Source: Marsupella aquatica (taxonomy: Eukaryota > Plantae > Marchantiophyta). Taken from it: a DNA stretch of 64,000 nt. This document shows positions 36,456 to 48,760 of this stretch, in pieces. The stretch covers positions 22,607,168-22,671,167 of the forward strand of contig OZ316892.1 of the NCBI GenBank assembly GCA_973895155.1. The letters are read 5' to 3'. The position numbers and the translations under genes were made by a program. The notes beneath the pieces were generated by a model that saw nothing but the letters and a program-made list of their open reading frames with translations, had not been told where the DNA came from and made no database searches. Position 1 is the stretch's first letter, and the number at the start of each line of letters is the position of its first letter.

Positions 36456-39400
36456 TCAAGGTGAGTTGGGGACGTCATGTAAGTCTTCTGATCTTACAGA
36501 GGGAGCGCCACTAGCCGCCTGCAAAACTCTGTAGTCACCAAAGTCGAGCTTGTGAAGCCGAACAGCAGCTAAGATTTGCTCTGGCAGCTCCTCTGGCCTA
36601 GTACCCTGAAAGAAGAAAGGACGGAATCGTAAAAAAGTCGTCTCTTTAAGCAAGATCGGAGCATTGTTTATAGAAGGAATAAAGCAGAATTGGTTTTCGG
36701 ATCGCGTAACACACCTGTATAGTCAAACCAACATCTAAAACGCAGCTTTTTAAGCGTTCTCTAAAGGTATCGAATCCCTTTCGTGCAATGTAGCTGAATC
36801 GGTGAACATCCAAATCCACTTCCAAGTAATTCGCTCCCTGTTCACATTGCACCATATCATAAGGAGCATTCCTCTCGGACAGTTCTTTCTTCCTTCCTTC
36901 CCCCCTGATAGATATTATAACTAAGAGAAGGGAAGAAATGAAGAGCAAATAGACAGGAACATCAACAATATTTGACTATGTAAAGAACCCAAAACTGTGA
37001 GATATACTATGAAACGACCTGGGACCCACCTTATGGAAGCTATGTTGAGGTCGAGACAAAACTGGTTTCTCATTGTAATTCACGAGGAGTTTCTTTTCAG
37101 CGGCGCTGAGTTGAATCTCTTCAGGATTTACACATCGAGCGACTACTTTCAACCGATCTCTAAACGGAAGAACTGATTCTCCTACAAAGCCTTTCACCTT
37201 CTCTGTCTCATCAATTACAAATTTCTGCAACAAAATGGTACCCACAAGGCGCAAGTGTTAGGCAGTACAACGAAGCCCAAACATTTCATCGTCACCGACA
37301 AAGCCTTTGAAGAGAAAACACCCAAATTTGGAATTCTACAATCCAATTTGGTATAACAAAGTTGTAACGGGTTTCTTACTAGTAGGAACATCCATCAAAC
37401 ACTATTTTTAAAAGTTGACTTTGTGAGGCTTCAGACACCACGACACAATTGCTGGACGACACTAAAGTTTCTAGCGAGTCTTCTTTTCTATGTATTAATG
37501 AGATGACATTGCTACCACGCTAGCAGACAATAGGAAATTTCTATAAAAAACATAAAGCCAACTATGAGAAATGACACTTACCCTAAGAATATCTTTATAA
37601 TATGGAGAAGCTGTCTTGACCAAATCATCTGAGAGCTTGAAATATAAGACAAGACTCAATCCTTCCCCGTCTGTATCGCCCAAAAAGATTGCAGGTGGGT
37701 AGAGAGGAAGCTGCAAAATGGTAAACAAAGAATTATCAAGACCAAAAGACTACAAACGGTGTTCAGCCGTTCGATCATTAAAATCAGCTGCTGTACGTCA
37801 ATTTCCTAGCCCTCATATCTTCTCAGAGTGGAGGCAAAAAGTCCCACCTGGATATTTACAATAAACATGGCCGGTAGTGAATCCGTAAACTCGCTCGTTA
37901 AGTCTTGAAAAGGCAGTTCCACATATTGGGCAACATGGTCAATTTTCTGCTCTGACATAAGGAGGTCCACTCCAATTGGAACATATGCTGAGAAATTTGG
38001 CGCAGTAAACTTTCTTTTGTCCCTGTATCCACATTGGGCCTTAAAATTTAGTTTTTTTCAATATGAGTTGTTATAACAGTTAACGGTCGACCTTCCTACG
38101 AGCTCCCTACTGAAATAGACACGATAGTATGTACAGAAACATAGGGCTAATGCAAACTTTCTAGGCGGAAGATGGTCTCTCAGCGAAATTTCAACCTCCT
38201 TGTTGGAACCATAAATCCAACAAGAAGACCAGGCAACCCTCTAAATGGGATCAATTATAAAACCTAAGTCTTTCTACGTGTCTCTCCAGAAGCAGGACGA
38301 ATGACGATGATTAGGAACAGAAGCTTCACTAGTAATTTGATGCCGCCATGGAACAAGTCTTGGCAAATATGGACAAGATGTCTTACTTTCCATAATGCTT
38401 CCCACGGAGCTTGAAGTTTGTAGACGAAACTTCAGACCAGCAACCATCTTCGGGCTTATCCGCAGAGCAACGAGATACCTGTGAGCCCCCTAAAGGTCTC
38501 TCGACATAGTACTTTGATGAAAGGGCTGCAGGACCAAAATGAAAAGTGTCAGTTTCGTTCTTGACTAACGCGCTCCTCACTTGAAAAATCAAACTTTACT
38601 TGAGCAGAGCAAAAGCAAGCCCAACATTCTCTATTCCATACCATTGAATCAGACAGACTTAACGTTGCTGAAAAACAACATGCGACAACCATTCAAATCG
38701 CCAAGCATCTACAACAACAACACCAGCGTCCAACGTGATGGTACAAAAGATTGACAGTCCCATTAGGCCAAAGAAAATGATTATAGACTTACAATCATCA
38801 TGCTCATCAGGCACATCTGCAGATGTGCGTCGCCTAAAAGAGAACCTCATCATTCCGCTCTTCTTTTTGGCGCTCATCGGACTGGCAGGCCTGCTCCTAC
38901 TGGACGATACAGCAGTCCGTAATCGTGGTAGGCAGAGTCCATCAAAAACACCTTTGTAATCACCAGATTTTGCAGCTTCAGCAGCCGTCGGTGATACAGT
39001 CTGTGCTGAATTGGGGGCAGGAGAAGCAGCATCCGGAACAGCTTTTCTTCCAAGTAACTCAGATACTGCTCTCTCCCACCTAGGTTTACTAGCCATCACC
39101 TTGTCCTCAGTTGCTGCTGTCAGGAAGCTCTTCCTCGGTGAAGCCTCATATAAGGGGTTGTCTTCACTTCTCAGATTGTCTTTACTTCCTGCTAGGGCTG
39201 ATATACCATTTCGAACCCCAAACGAAGGCGTGCTCTTATGCTCATCTTCCGGAGGAGGTCTGTGAAGCGAACCCACTTCTTGAGAAGTTCCAGCCATCCA
39301 ATCATCAACTTTGGACATCCCTGCTTTCAAAGTAGTCAAGGCTGGTCTTTGGGAAGCAGGGTCATTCGCTGGATAGGAAAGACTATTACCAGCCGAGGCT

Positions 39401-40659
39401 GGAAAATCTGCAATATGGCAGACCCGAATTGGTAAACAATCTCTGCTGCAAGAAAAATGTGTTTAAGGAGCAACACAGATGGAACCACTCGCGCAAAAGA
39501 TCTGTCTGCAATCCTTTCACCAGATCTGATGGCTAGGAAAATTTATGATTTCAATCCAATGTCATAATGAGCTCCCTCCAAAAGTGCATTTTGTGAACGG
39601 AAAATGAAGGGGAAAAGGCAGGATGGGATATTATAGGGTGTAGATTTACTCTGTTGTCATTTTTTTGGTCAAAATACAGTTTTTGTTACTCTTTCTAGTT
39701 TACATAGCCCAAAAACTGTGTTTATGCACATAAATAACTACTGAGAGTGAAGTAGAGTCGAGGAGAGTCGTGGCCAGCAAAGTGTTTCAAATGCATGTTT
39801 CAACGCATTAAGGCCAAAAGGATAGGTTCACAAGAGGACGAACTTACCACCGAAACTGCTCATAAATTCGTCATCAGAATCGGTGTTAAAATTGTTGTCA
39901 GTGTCGAAAAACGCATCGTGCCTGCTGCCTGAAACTCCAACAGACCTATCGGTCAGAAGCTACTAAAACAAGACATGTGACGAGCCCAGGTTTTTCACCA
40001 ATAATTCTCACCGATAACTTCAATCAAGTTCAGGCCCCTTCCACCAGCGTGGAAAATGCGTTTCAAAGCAATTCACTAGGATCACAGCAACAGTTCGACG
40101 AATTTTAGACGCCCAAAGACCTACTGTAAGTACCTTCTTATCCTATCAGCTTTCTGAGGGTCTAAGCTAGTGTCCAATATGTGAACGACTTTCCCATGTT
40201 CAACAAAGAGCTAAACTTCTTATCCCTTTCCTACAATTCCTCTGCGAGACAATCAAACTTCCGTCTTAGCGCGAAGTCTCATGAAACAACAATGAAAATA
40301 GAAGATGTGTCTTTGAGCAACAGACCTCTGGAACTCGGTGATCCAAACACCGGGTTCAGCACGGCGTTCTCAGTTTGCTCCATTTGGCTCTGCCCGTTAC
40401 CATTTCCATTTACGGTCAAATGGGGTTGTATAGGGATTTCTAGCAGAAAGCCTTTGCCAGTTCCACGATGAGCAATCTCCTTCTTTGCATTTTTACCCAG
40501 CTGATATTTTTGAGCTGCGGACCCAAATGACGGTCCGGTCACTGGAATCACGAAATGTGCAGATCCCCTCGATCCTCCTCCCCGCTTTTTCGCATGAAAA
40601 TTCTTTATGTGATGACGCCGGCGCCTAGACTTGCTATGGGTGGACATGCAAGCACCCAT
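36456..40659 (-). CDS. DUF1336 (EDR2 C-terminal-like) domain protein, predicted N-myristoylated, 9 exons, ~646 aa
   Basis: Exons: 40659-40326, 39928-39848, 39407-38793, 38525-38387, 38022-37848, 37710-37582, 37224-37030, 36837-36715, 36605-36456 (1941 nt, in frame). Starts MGACMST. Contains [100 protein letters not shown] and [16 protein letters not shown], which are typical of plant DUF1336 proteins. Confidence 0.9.
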
Positions 40660-43600
40660 ACTTTGCAAGCCTTCTACAGCTCGTAGCTGTAACCAGATGG
40701 GAATTCAGTTTCAAACTGCCTGTTATGGGAGCTCACATCCAGATGCAACTTGTCTTCAACTCCAGTATCGAATCGCCTTAACTCCTCCACAACCTCTTTT
40801 GTCGTGCCATGTTGCTAGGCGGGAGCACGACCATCTCAAGGCAACATCTCATTAGTCTTGTTCTGTACTGCGACGCTCTGAAATATCAACAAAGCATGCA
40901 TGAGAGAGTAGATTGTGAATGTCTTTTTAGAAAAATCAACTGACATCTCCTCTCGTCTCCTCCACCTCAAGCTCCCTTCAGTTCAAATCCATTCCAAATG
41001 ATTTCAATCGAATCCATTCGACGATTTGGCACAGATATGCTCCTCCCAAAATTCGGAGAGAATGCATGCATGGTCTAAAATCAAGCCTCTGGTTGGTCAC
41101 AAGAGACACGCGAGATATTATTTGACCGCCAAATCTCTCAGTTGCGAATTGACCTTCTTCTTGCGAGCACGGCCACTGTTAGTTGAGACAAAAACCCGCA
41201 GGACGCCTTGTGAGGACTTATTAGCTTTCCACGAGCTTTCTCTCCCTATCTCTCGTCTAGACTGAAACTTATTCGCGCATGGACTTTCCACCCGAGTCAT
41301 TCTCCTTGGACAGAGGAGCTCAATCTAAGTACCTCTGTGATGGCCACAAAGGACGACTGGTGGGCCGATTGTAGAGTAGGACTTCACAGCACAGCTACAG
41401 TGTGGAGTGTGGTCCCGCGAAAAGCCGTTAACACGGATTCGGCGTATCGATACCCGCAGATCAATTGCTAAGTAACGACAAGTAATTCAGTACGGGAACT
41501 GAGAACGGAAAGGACAAGGGCTGCTTTAGGGTGGCAGCCAACAAAAGCGGAGAAAGTGGCAAACATTCCACATGATGATGACTCGAAGCTCATTCTCGGA
41601 CGCATGGGGCACAAACGTGTCTGAAGAAATTCGCACTTCGCTCTTGAACTCATCAAATAGAGCTATCGGATAGACAACAGTGGGGATATATAAAATAGTC
41701 TGGATCAGTGACGGCTCATGTTTTTGTCTCGATCTCGAATTCGAACGGAATACATTGCAATTATCTGCACAAACGGACCGGAGTTCCTCATCTGCTCCCC
41801 CGCGAGCCCGCCAAAACGATTCTCAAAGACGTTCTCCAAAAGTAGACAGCAGCAGCAGCAACCCGAGCGCCTGTTGGAATCTCAATCGTCCACATGAACG
41901 TGCACTCCCCCGGAGTAAAATCTCGGGTCGACCGCATCTCACACTCGATTCTTGCCGCACTCAGATCACTAGAACGCATCTGAGGACCGCTATCGGCTCT
42001 ACGATATTGTACACATTTAACTTTCATTAGGAGGAACGATTTCGACAATGCCGAGTTCCGTAATCGCCATTTAGACTTAATCAACGAGAGATGTACATTG
42101 AGGAAAGCGGCCGTTGCACACCAGATCACATGTACAGAGAGTGCGAGAGAGGAAAAGCGAGGGATGCACAAAGATTCCCCGAGCCGAAGTCCTGGCACTG
42201 CACTAAAAACTGCTCGTGTACCATGAATCCAGGAAGCAGATTGTGCAGAATCAACTCCTGCCAGTACTAACCCGGGAGTTTGGCTGTAGGAAAGCATTTA
42301 TTTTGTCCGGTGATCGACTAAGAAGAGCGCTGGGAACTGTACCAAGCGTCCGCAGCAGTCAGGTTCCCCGTAACACAACCTACATTAGCGAGAGAGTGGG
42401 AGTAAAGAGTGCCAAAAATCTGCTCGTTTTTCATGAAGCATTTCTTGACACGGACAAGGAGATCCGGACATCTTCATACCTCAAATTCTCGAAATGCCAT
42501 CTTGATTATTTCATTTTGTATTGCACTGAGATGGCGGACCAAGTCCCAATAAATCCACTGCACATATTGCACAAAAGTTGACGCCGCACACGATGAACAT
42601 AACGAGCATTGTTTTGTTGCTCACCGTTCTTCAGTGCACATTGGCACTTTCTCGAAAACCGCCGGCCGGCGAGACAGGCAATGTTATTCAACGATCCATC
42701 GAAATGCTCCCTCGCGCAGAAGAAGATCCCCCTCCCGAATACTGCTCTTCCTTCTCCATACGCTGTGCATGTATCACATTAGTCGCCTTGTTGCCCGGGT
42801 CTGATGGACAACTCTGGTTTCCGCCCCATGCAGCTCTCCTCATCACCAACATCGATGAAGCCAACTACTGTCAATCGAATTTCTCTGAAATTTCCTTTTC
42901 AAATTCGGCAATAGTCTATTCCGCGACGTCGATCTTCATGTATCCTCCTTTGTCACCTGTCATCCCTTCCTTCGTTCGCCGCATTAATCATACTCTCTGC
43001 CGTATCCACCAGCAACCACAACATCCACCTTGAAGAGGAAGGCCGCTCCATCACTGCTATGCGTCCCCATAACGCCGCCAGCGCACACAACATCATAAGG
43101 AAACGGTGGAATCCATCCGCCTCTCAGCAACGTCCACGCCAATTGTCCAATTCCTTATTTACCTCGTTCCACGGGATGCCGAATCGCCCGCACCGGCGAC
43201 GGCTTCGAGCACCAAACCACAATGGCTGTGCGTGTCCTCCACCCGGAAACTCCACACAATCAATAATAGCTCTCTTCCGTGGCAAGACAAAAAGCTCCGT
43301 AACATCGCCACAATGCGCCAGCAACCACCTACCTCGACGATAGCGATTTCCCGGTAACAAAAGCTGGATTACACAAAATAAAATCAACCGCTCGAAACTG
43401 GAGGCAGGAAGAATTCATACGCATTCAACCATCAATCAATCAATCCTCTCCAGCAGTCAGTCAGCCAGCCAACGAGTACACGGAAGCGTGCAATGGGAGA
43501 GCAGAACACCAACAATAACAACAACCACCGCCTCAAAAACAGCACCAACAGCACCGTTTCCGCTCCAATTGCGGATCCGAGAAACACAAATCGCCGCATG

Positions 43601-43850
43601 CAACTCTCTCGCTAATGATGCATCTGCTTACTTGTGTAGCTGCCGCTGCTGTTGACACCTTTCCCTTCATGCCATCATTTTCTTCTTCGCTTTCCTCCTC
43701 CTCCTCCGCTCTATGTTCTCTCTTGCTGCTCTTGGTCCCCACCATCTCTCAATCAACCCATGAAGAAAGAAAAAGTGGCACCACTGCATCGCCCCCAACT
43801 GAAATCCAATCACTCCCTCTTCTTGCCCTGCCCCACCTCCACCCCCAGCG

Positions 43851-43886
43851 GCCCCGCCCCGCCCCGCCCCGCCCCGCCCCCCGCCC
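43851..43886. promoter_or_regulatory. (GCCCC)n tract: potential G-quadruplex/GC-box near the putative TSS of the DUF1336 gene
   Basis: Repeated GCCCC/GCCC units (GGGGC runs on the minus strand), followed by a GTAC cluster at 43895-43910. TSS position is inferred only. Confidence 0.4.
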
Positions 43887-45779
43887 TGGTTCGGGTACCG
43901 GTACGGTACCATACCTACCGTAGCGACGGCCATTACGCTCCACTCGCGGTCGTGCGGCATGAGGCACAGCACACCGAATTTCGGAACTCCAACTATGAAT
44001 TAAATAATATGTCCAAAGCTTATCTGTCCGTTCGTGGCTTTCAATTGAGGGTCTAGATTGCAAGATTCTCGTAGACTTCTGTCGTTAAAAGTCTCAGGAA
44101 GGATGACTGTGATCGGCCTGCCCTGTCCCTGGCTCCCCGCCCTTTCGGTACGGTACCTAACTCCCGGCCCGAAGGGGCAGTCCACGTTGTTACACCGGAA
44201 GAACGAAGTGCGTGGCAGGTCGAGAGAGGTGTTGGAACCAGCCATTTTTTTTCTTGTCCAACGTGGTTAATATTTTACCCTAGAAACAAGCACAGGTCTG
44301 CTCATAGAGTATTTACATCCAATTATACAGTGCTTTGTGACTGTTGTAGAGTTTTTCTTGGCTAACATTCTCTCATAGTGCATCCGCTGATTATTGTGTC
44401 AAATAAAATAGAATTTTTTTAATTTCAACCTGAGTGTCCGCCTGACTTACATTTAGGTAAGTGACTGGCTAATTTTAGCCCACAAAAACGGCTGGTTGGG
44501 ACTCGTTGAGGGCTCAAAGGAATGCCACAGGGCATATAGCCTACTGTACATAAATAAGTACACCATATATAAGTGCATTCTATGCCGCTGCTGCCCCAAA
44601 GCTTACCAAAATTAGTCAATAAGGTTACCACAAAAAGTTTTTAAAGTACCACAAAAAGTTTTTAAAGTACTTTTTTTTGTCCTCCCCAATCCTGGTGGAC
44701 AGTGGGGGTTTAATCGCCACTGGCCATCAGGTTCGGGAATGACAAAATAGTGGAATATCTTAATTTCTGGAGAACATTTTGGACTTACGTTAGTAACCCA
44801 ATGGATCCATGTTCTCAAGAAAGTAAAAATTGTCATTATTTTGTCCTCCCCAAACCTGATGACCAGTGGCGGTTTCAAAGCATAAATTAAATTGGGGCAT
44901 TAAGTTACTATATGGCTGGCCATATAGTCCTCTATTATAGTATCTTCCCTTGTACATGCACCAAAAATTGCAGTTTCTATAATTGCAGGTCCACCCTCAC
45001 TAAATAACAAATGACAACTGCATAAGTGCATTTCCATCTATAAGTGAACACATGCATTTATTAGTTATTGCAATGTATGCATGAGAACCATTTTTTATTA
45101 GTAAAACAGACAATTAGGAAAGCAGTTTCATGCACCTATCCAGTAGGATTGCGCAGAATGAGTGCTCTAGGTATGAGGAGTCTGATGTGTATGACCTGAC
45201 AACACATGAAAAAGTGCATAAGAGATTTCTCATACACTTATTGGGCAGTGCAATCATTCACACTTACTAGCCTGATAACCCATTTAAGTCCTTAAACATA
45301 GATAGAAATGAAGACTACTTTTTCTTTGCAAAGACTAGAATCCTAGGCTATCTCCCGTGTATTTGCCCCATCCCCTTTTTTTGTTCACCCTCACTTTGTC
45401 CATATTTAGAGTCCAGTTCTGTCCTTATTTGCAGTTATAGTTTAGAGTCTTCACCCTAGACCCTAACCCTTGAAAGTATCTTCTGTTTGTGCTTTATTAG
45501 TAGGATATATGGAAGTGCATAAATGGCATTATAACATAGTGCAGGCCTGGGTATACTTTACCTTATCAAAGGAAAAAACTATAATATTAGGGGACTACAT
45601 GACTATCATGCACTTATCCACACTGCACTTAGACACTGTACACTGTACAATATTTTGATAGATTCAAGGAGCTATCATAGCCAATTTGCATGTAGGCAGA
45701 CCTTTGTTTCCCAACTCTTAACTTAACATATTGCATTCAAACATTAAATGAGAATATTATGCCTCAGCCTCCTTGTTAG

Positions 45780-46440
45780 GCAAGCTTGACGGCATATATA
45801 GTGGATTACAAAGAGTAGGGGCCAGAAAGTTTTTGGCTTTTGAGTTCCTGACCTGTAAAATATAAATAAAACAAAATGAGGCGACACTAAGCTGGCCAGG
45901 TGACATCTACCAAATGCATATTGCGGAGAACCCAGGGCTTCAAAAGAAATGGTAGCTTACATGCAAAATGGCTCTTAGAGTTCACAAGAGAAAGCCGTTG
46001 GTGTGATCAGCGGGGTGATCAGGGACATCTGTACCACAATCTGGAATAAGAGGAACTCCTTGTGTACTCACCTTTTCTGGGTAGGTTGCCATGGTCCCAT
46101 ATTCTGAGACATATGAAGACTCAATTACAATAGATGCCAAAGATTAGTAGCTTGACTAAGAAAACTATGCGGCTGATCAAAGCTTTGGATGATCGACCTG
46201 AAGACAGTCATAGCCCTTTGGGCTACTTTGGAGATCCGACAAGCTCTAACCATCAAAGATTGGTGCTGATGAGACAGGAATGCAGAGAGAACACTAAAAT
46301 GTATAGAGCTAGCTATGGTGAAGCTCATTTAGGACTCCAAGAACTTTTGTTGCATGTTGTACAGATACCCATAGTCACCAATATCCATTGTTGTCACAGT
46401 AATAGACATAATAACATCATGATCTCTAGCAAACTCTAGA
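45780..46440 (+). mobile_element. Possible highly decayed LINE ORF2 3' fragment
   Basis: ICTTIWNKRNS at ~46027-46060 resembles the (I/L)WxxRN motif. Upstream TCKI*IKQNE is a weak knuckle remnant. Broken by stops and frameshifts. Confidence 0.3.
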
Positions 46441-47234
46441 AAATACACTTACATACATGCATGGAGGGCAACGAGGGTATATAAGTCAGAAAGGGTCAAA
46501 TGTTCCATTTTTCCCTCAATGCTCAAAGACAAACTGTCACCAACATTATAGGAGAATGTCCAAGCCTCATAAAATCCTCTACATTCCAGCTTTGAGATGG
46601 CTTACACTGGCAACACCTGGTGTGAAGAACTCATTTTTAATTGTATAAGCAGAAACCAGCAAGCAAGCAATGCAACTGGCTTACCCGGTGTGAAGAACTC
46701 AATTTGAATTGTATAAGGGGAAACCACCAAGAGCAAGCAGTGCAACTAGCTTGCAGGTGGGGAAATATTTGGTTTGCATTTCTGTTCTATAATCTTATTC
46801 CTACAACTATGACAAGCAGCTATAGAATACACATACAACCAGACTAAGACACTTTTGGAGCAGTTTATAAGCAGGAATATAATCCATTGCAGGAGCGGCA
46901 CTGACTGAGATTCAACTTGAGATGAGGTGGTCATAAGTCACCCCTGGTCACATGAGTTGACCAGAAGGCCCCACTCAGGTGATTGAATATAAACTAATTG
47001 AATAGAAAGATGAACCCAACAGGCTTAGTTTCAATACTACATGTGTACTAGATATGGACCATTAGTTCATTGCACTATTTTATGTATCAAAATGACAACT
47101 ATTGTTAATGGTTGGATATTTGGCTGTATACTGCAGTTAATGGGCAGTTTTACGGTGCTGGAGATATTGGGATCATGTATGGAAGTATATCTACATCCTT
47201 TTTGGCATACTAGCCTTGGCATACTAGCCTTGGC

Positions 47235-47470
47235 CTACTAGCCCCTACTATCGGTTCGTTGAACATGAATAGTGAGGAGTACAATAAAAATGCCACCAAA
47301 AATATTCCTTATTCATATTCTTTGAAGATTAATGAAATAATAAAAAATTATCATACATCTCATCATTTTAATAATCATATATAACAAATCATGCTCTTTT
47401 TTATGCACATCCTTCTTTCTATGCACTTATGTTATGGTGGGACTATAGAGTACATTTTTTAATGTAAATA
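47235..47470 (+). repeat. Left copy of ~230-bp inverted repeat (putative transposon terminus)
   Basis: CTACTAGCC...TGAATAGTGAGGAGTACAATAAAAATGCCACCAAA...TCATCATTTTAATAATCATA...TATGTTATGGTGGGACTATAGAGTACATTTTTT aligns along its length with the reverse complement of 57329-57557. Confidence 0.85.
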
Positions 47471-48527
47471 GAAATCATTAAATAAAAAAATGCCAACTAT
47501 TGTTGTGGTAGATGAATCTTGTCCCATGTTTTTCATTTTCCTCTTTCTAGGGTTTTTTTGGGGTTTGCATTCGCTCACTTCTTCTGAATTTGGTGTTTGT
47601 CCCCTTTGGACCTCTTTTGCTTAAAAAAAGGAAAAGAAACGAAAAGAAAAGAAAAAGAAGGACACCTGTCCTTCAAATCGGAAGCAATCATGCAAGAGGT
47701 AGGGCTCTAGGCAGCACAATAAGTTGTTTGCATGGGGGATAATATACATTATTGAGAATTTTTTGCCCATTCTGTGGCCCACCCACTTCTTGGGAAAATG
47801 ACGCTCACATGGGCCCCAGATAGAAACCAGTTAACCTACAGTAGACAGACTAATTAGGAGTCTTCTATGTGACGTTGTGAGTAAAATGGTGCAATTTGAT
47901 ACCTGAGGGCCATCCTAGCTTCATTTTCCACTTCTTGGGTTTCATGCAAATGCAGCCCATGGGAGTCTTTAAAAAAAAAGGTTTGGTCCATGGGCCCTTC
48001 ACACTTTCACACAAGAGCCTGTTGTTCCATCTGAGCTCAATGGTTGAGATGGATGGAGATCCTGAATGAGCGTATAGCTCGTTTGTACAGTTGGTGTTTA
48101 TTGGACTTTCCCTTTTCTGTGGTTTGTCTCTTTGGACCTCTTTTTCTTTGGATCACTTTTTCTTTCCTTTCATTGTATTTTGTTTTTCCCCTGGTTTATA
48201 AACTTTGGTGGAATTTTTCTTCTTCTTTTGGGACCCTAAAAGAGAAGTTTACTCAAGGATGGATCACAGCTTTATTTTTGGAAAAGGGGAAATCACCTGT
48301 AATAAGTCAGGCAACTGGCTTAGCTGGCGGAAAACCCCCAATTTATATTTAGTATTTTCCATGGACCACAACTTTGATGTCAGAAAAAATATCTATCCCA
48401 AAACTCTGATGAACTCACTCATACCAAGAAGATGATTTCTCACTGGAAGGGCTTGCCTTACTCAGACTCCCCAAGCCAGTCTTTATTTACAAGCATAGTC
48501 TAAATATCAATATAATTATTAGAAAAA

Positions 48528-48760
48528 TGAGCCCTATGCCAGTGCTTTGAACTGTGCAAGAGGGCCGGCCCATAGGGAGTCGGGCCAGTGCATTTATGAG
48601 GCAACCAGAAACACACATATGACAAGGGTGCACATTTACTCCATCAATGGTCAAGGAAAATAATAAATCGAATCTAACGGCTGTGGATCTTTCTCGCCCA
48701 GGAGTTATTTTGTATTGAAACTAAAGACAAGATCACTTATTATAGTTGTAGATTACACTT
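48528..48760 (+). repeat. Dispersed repeat, copy 2 (same family as 521-1010)
   Basis: Same left boundary TGA(G)GCCCTATGCCAGTG and colinear similarity over ~230 bp. Confidence 0.75.
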
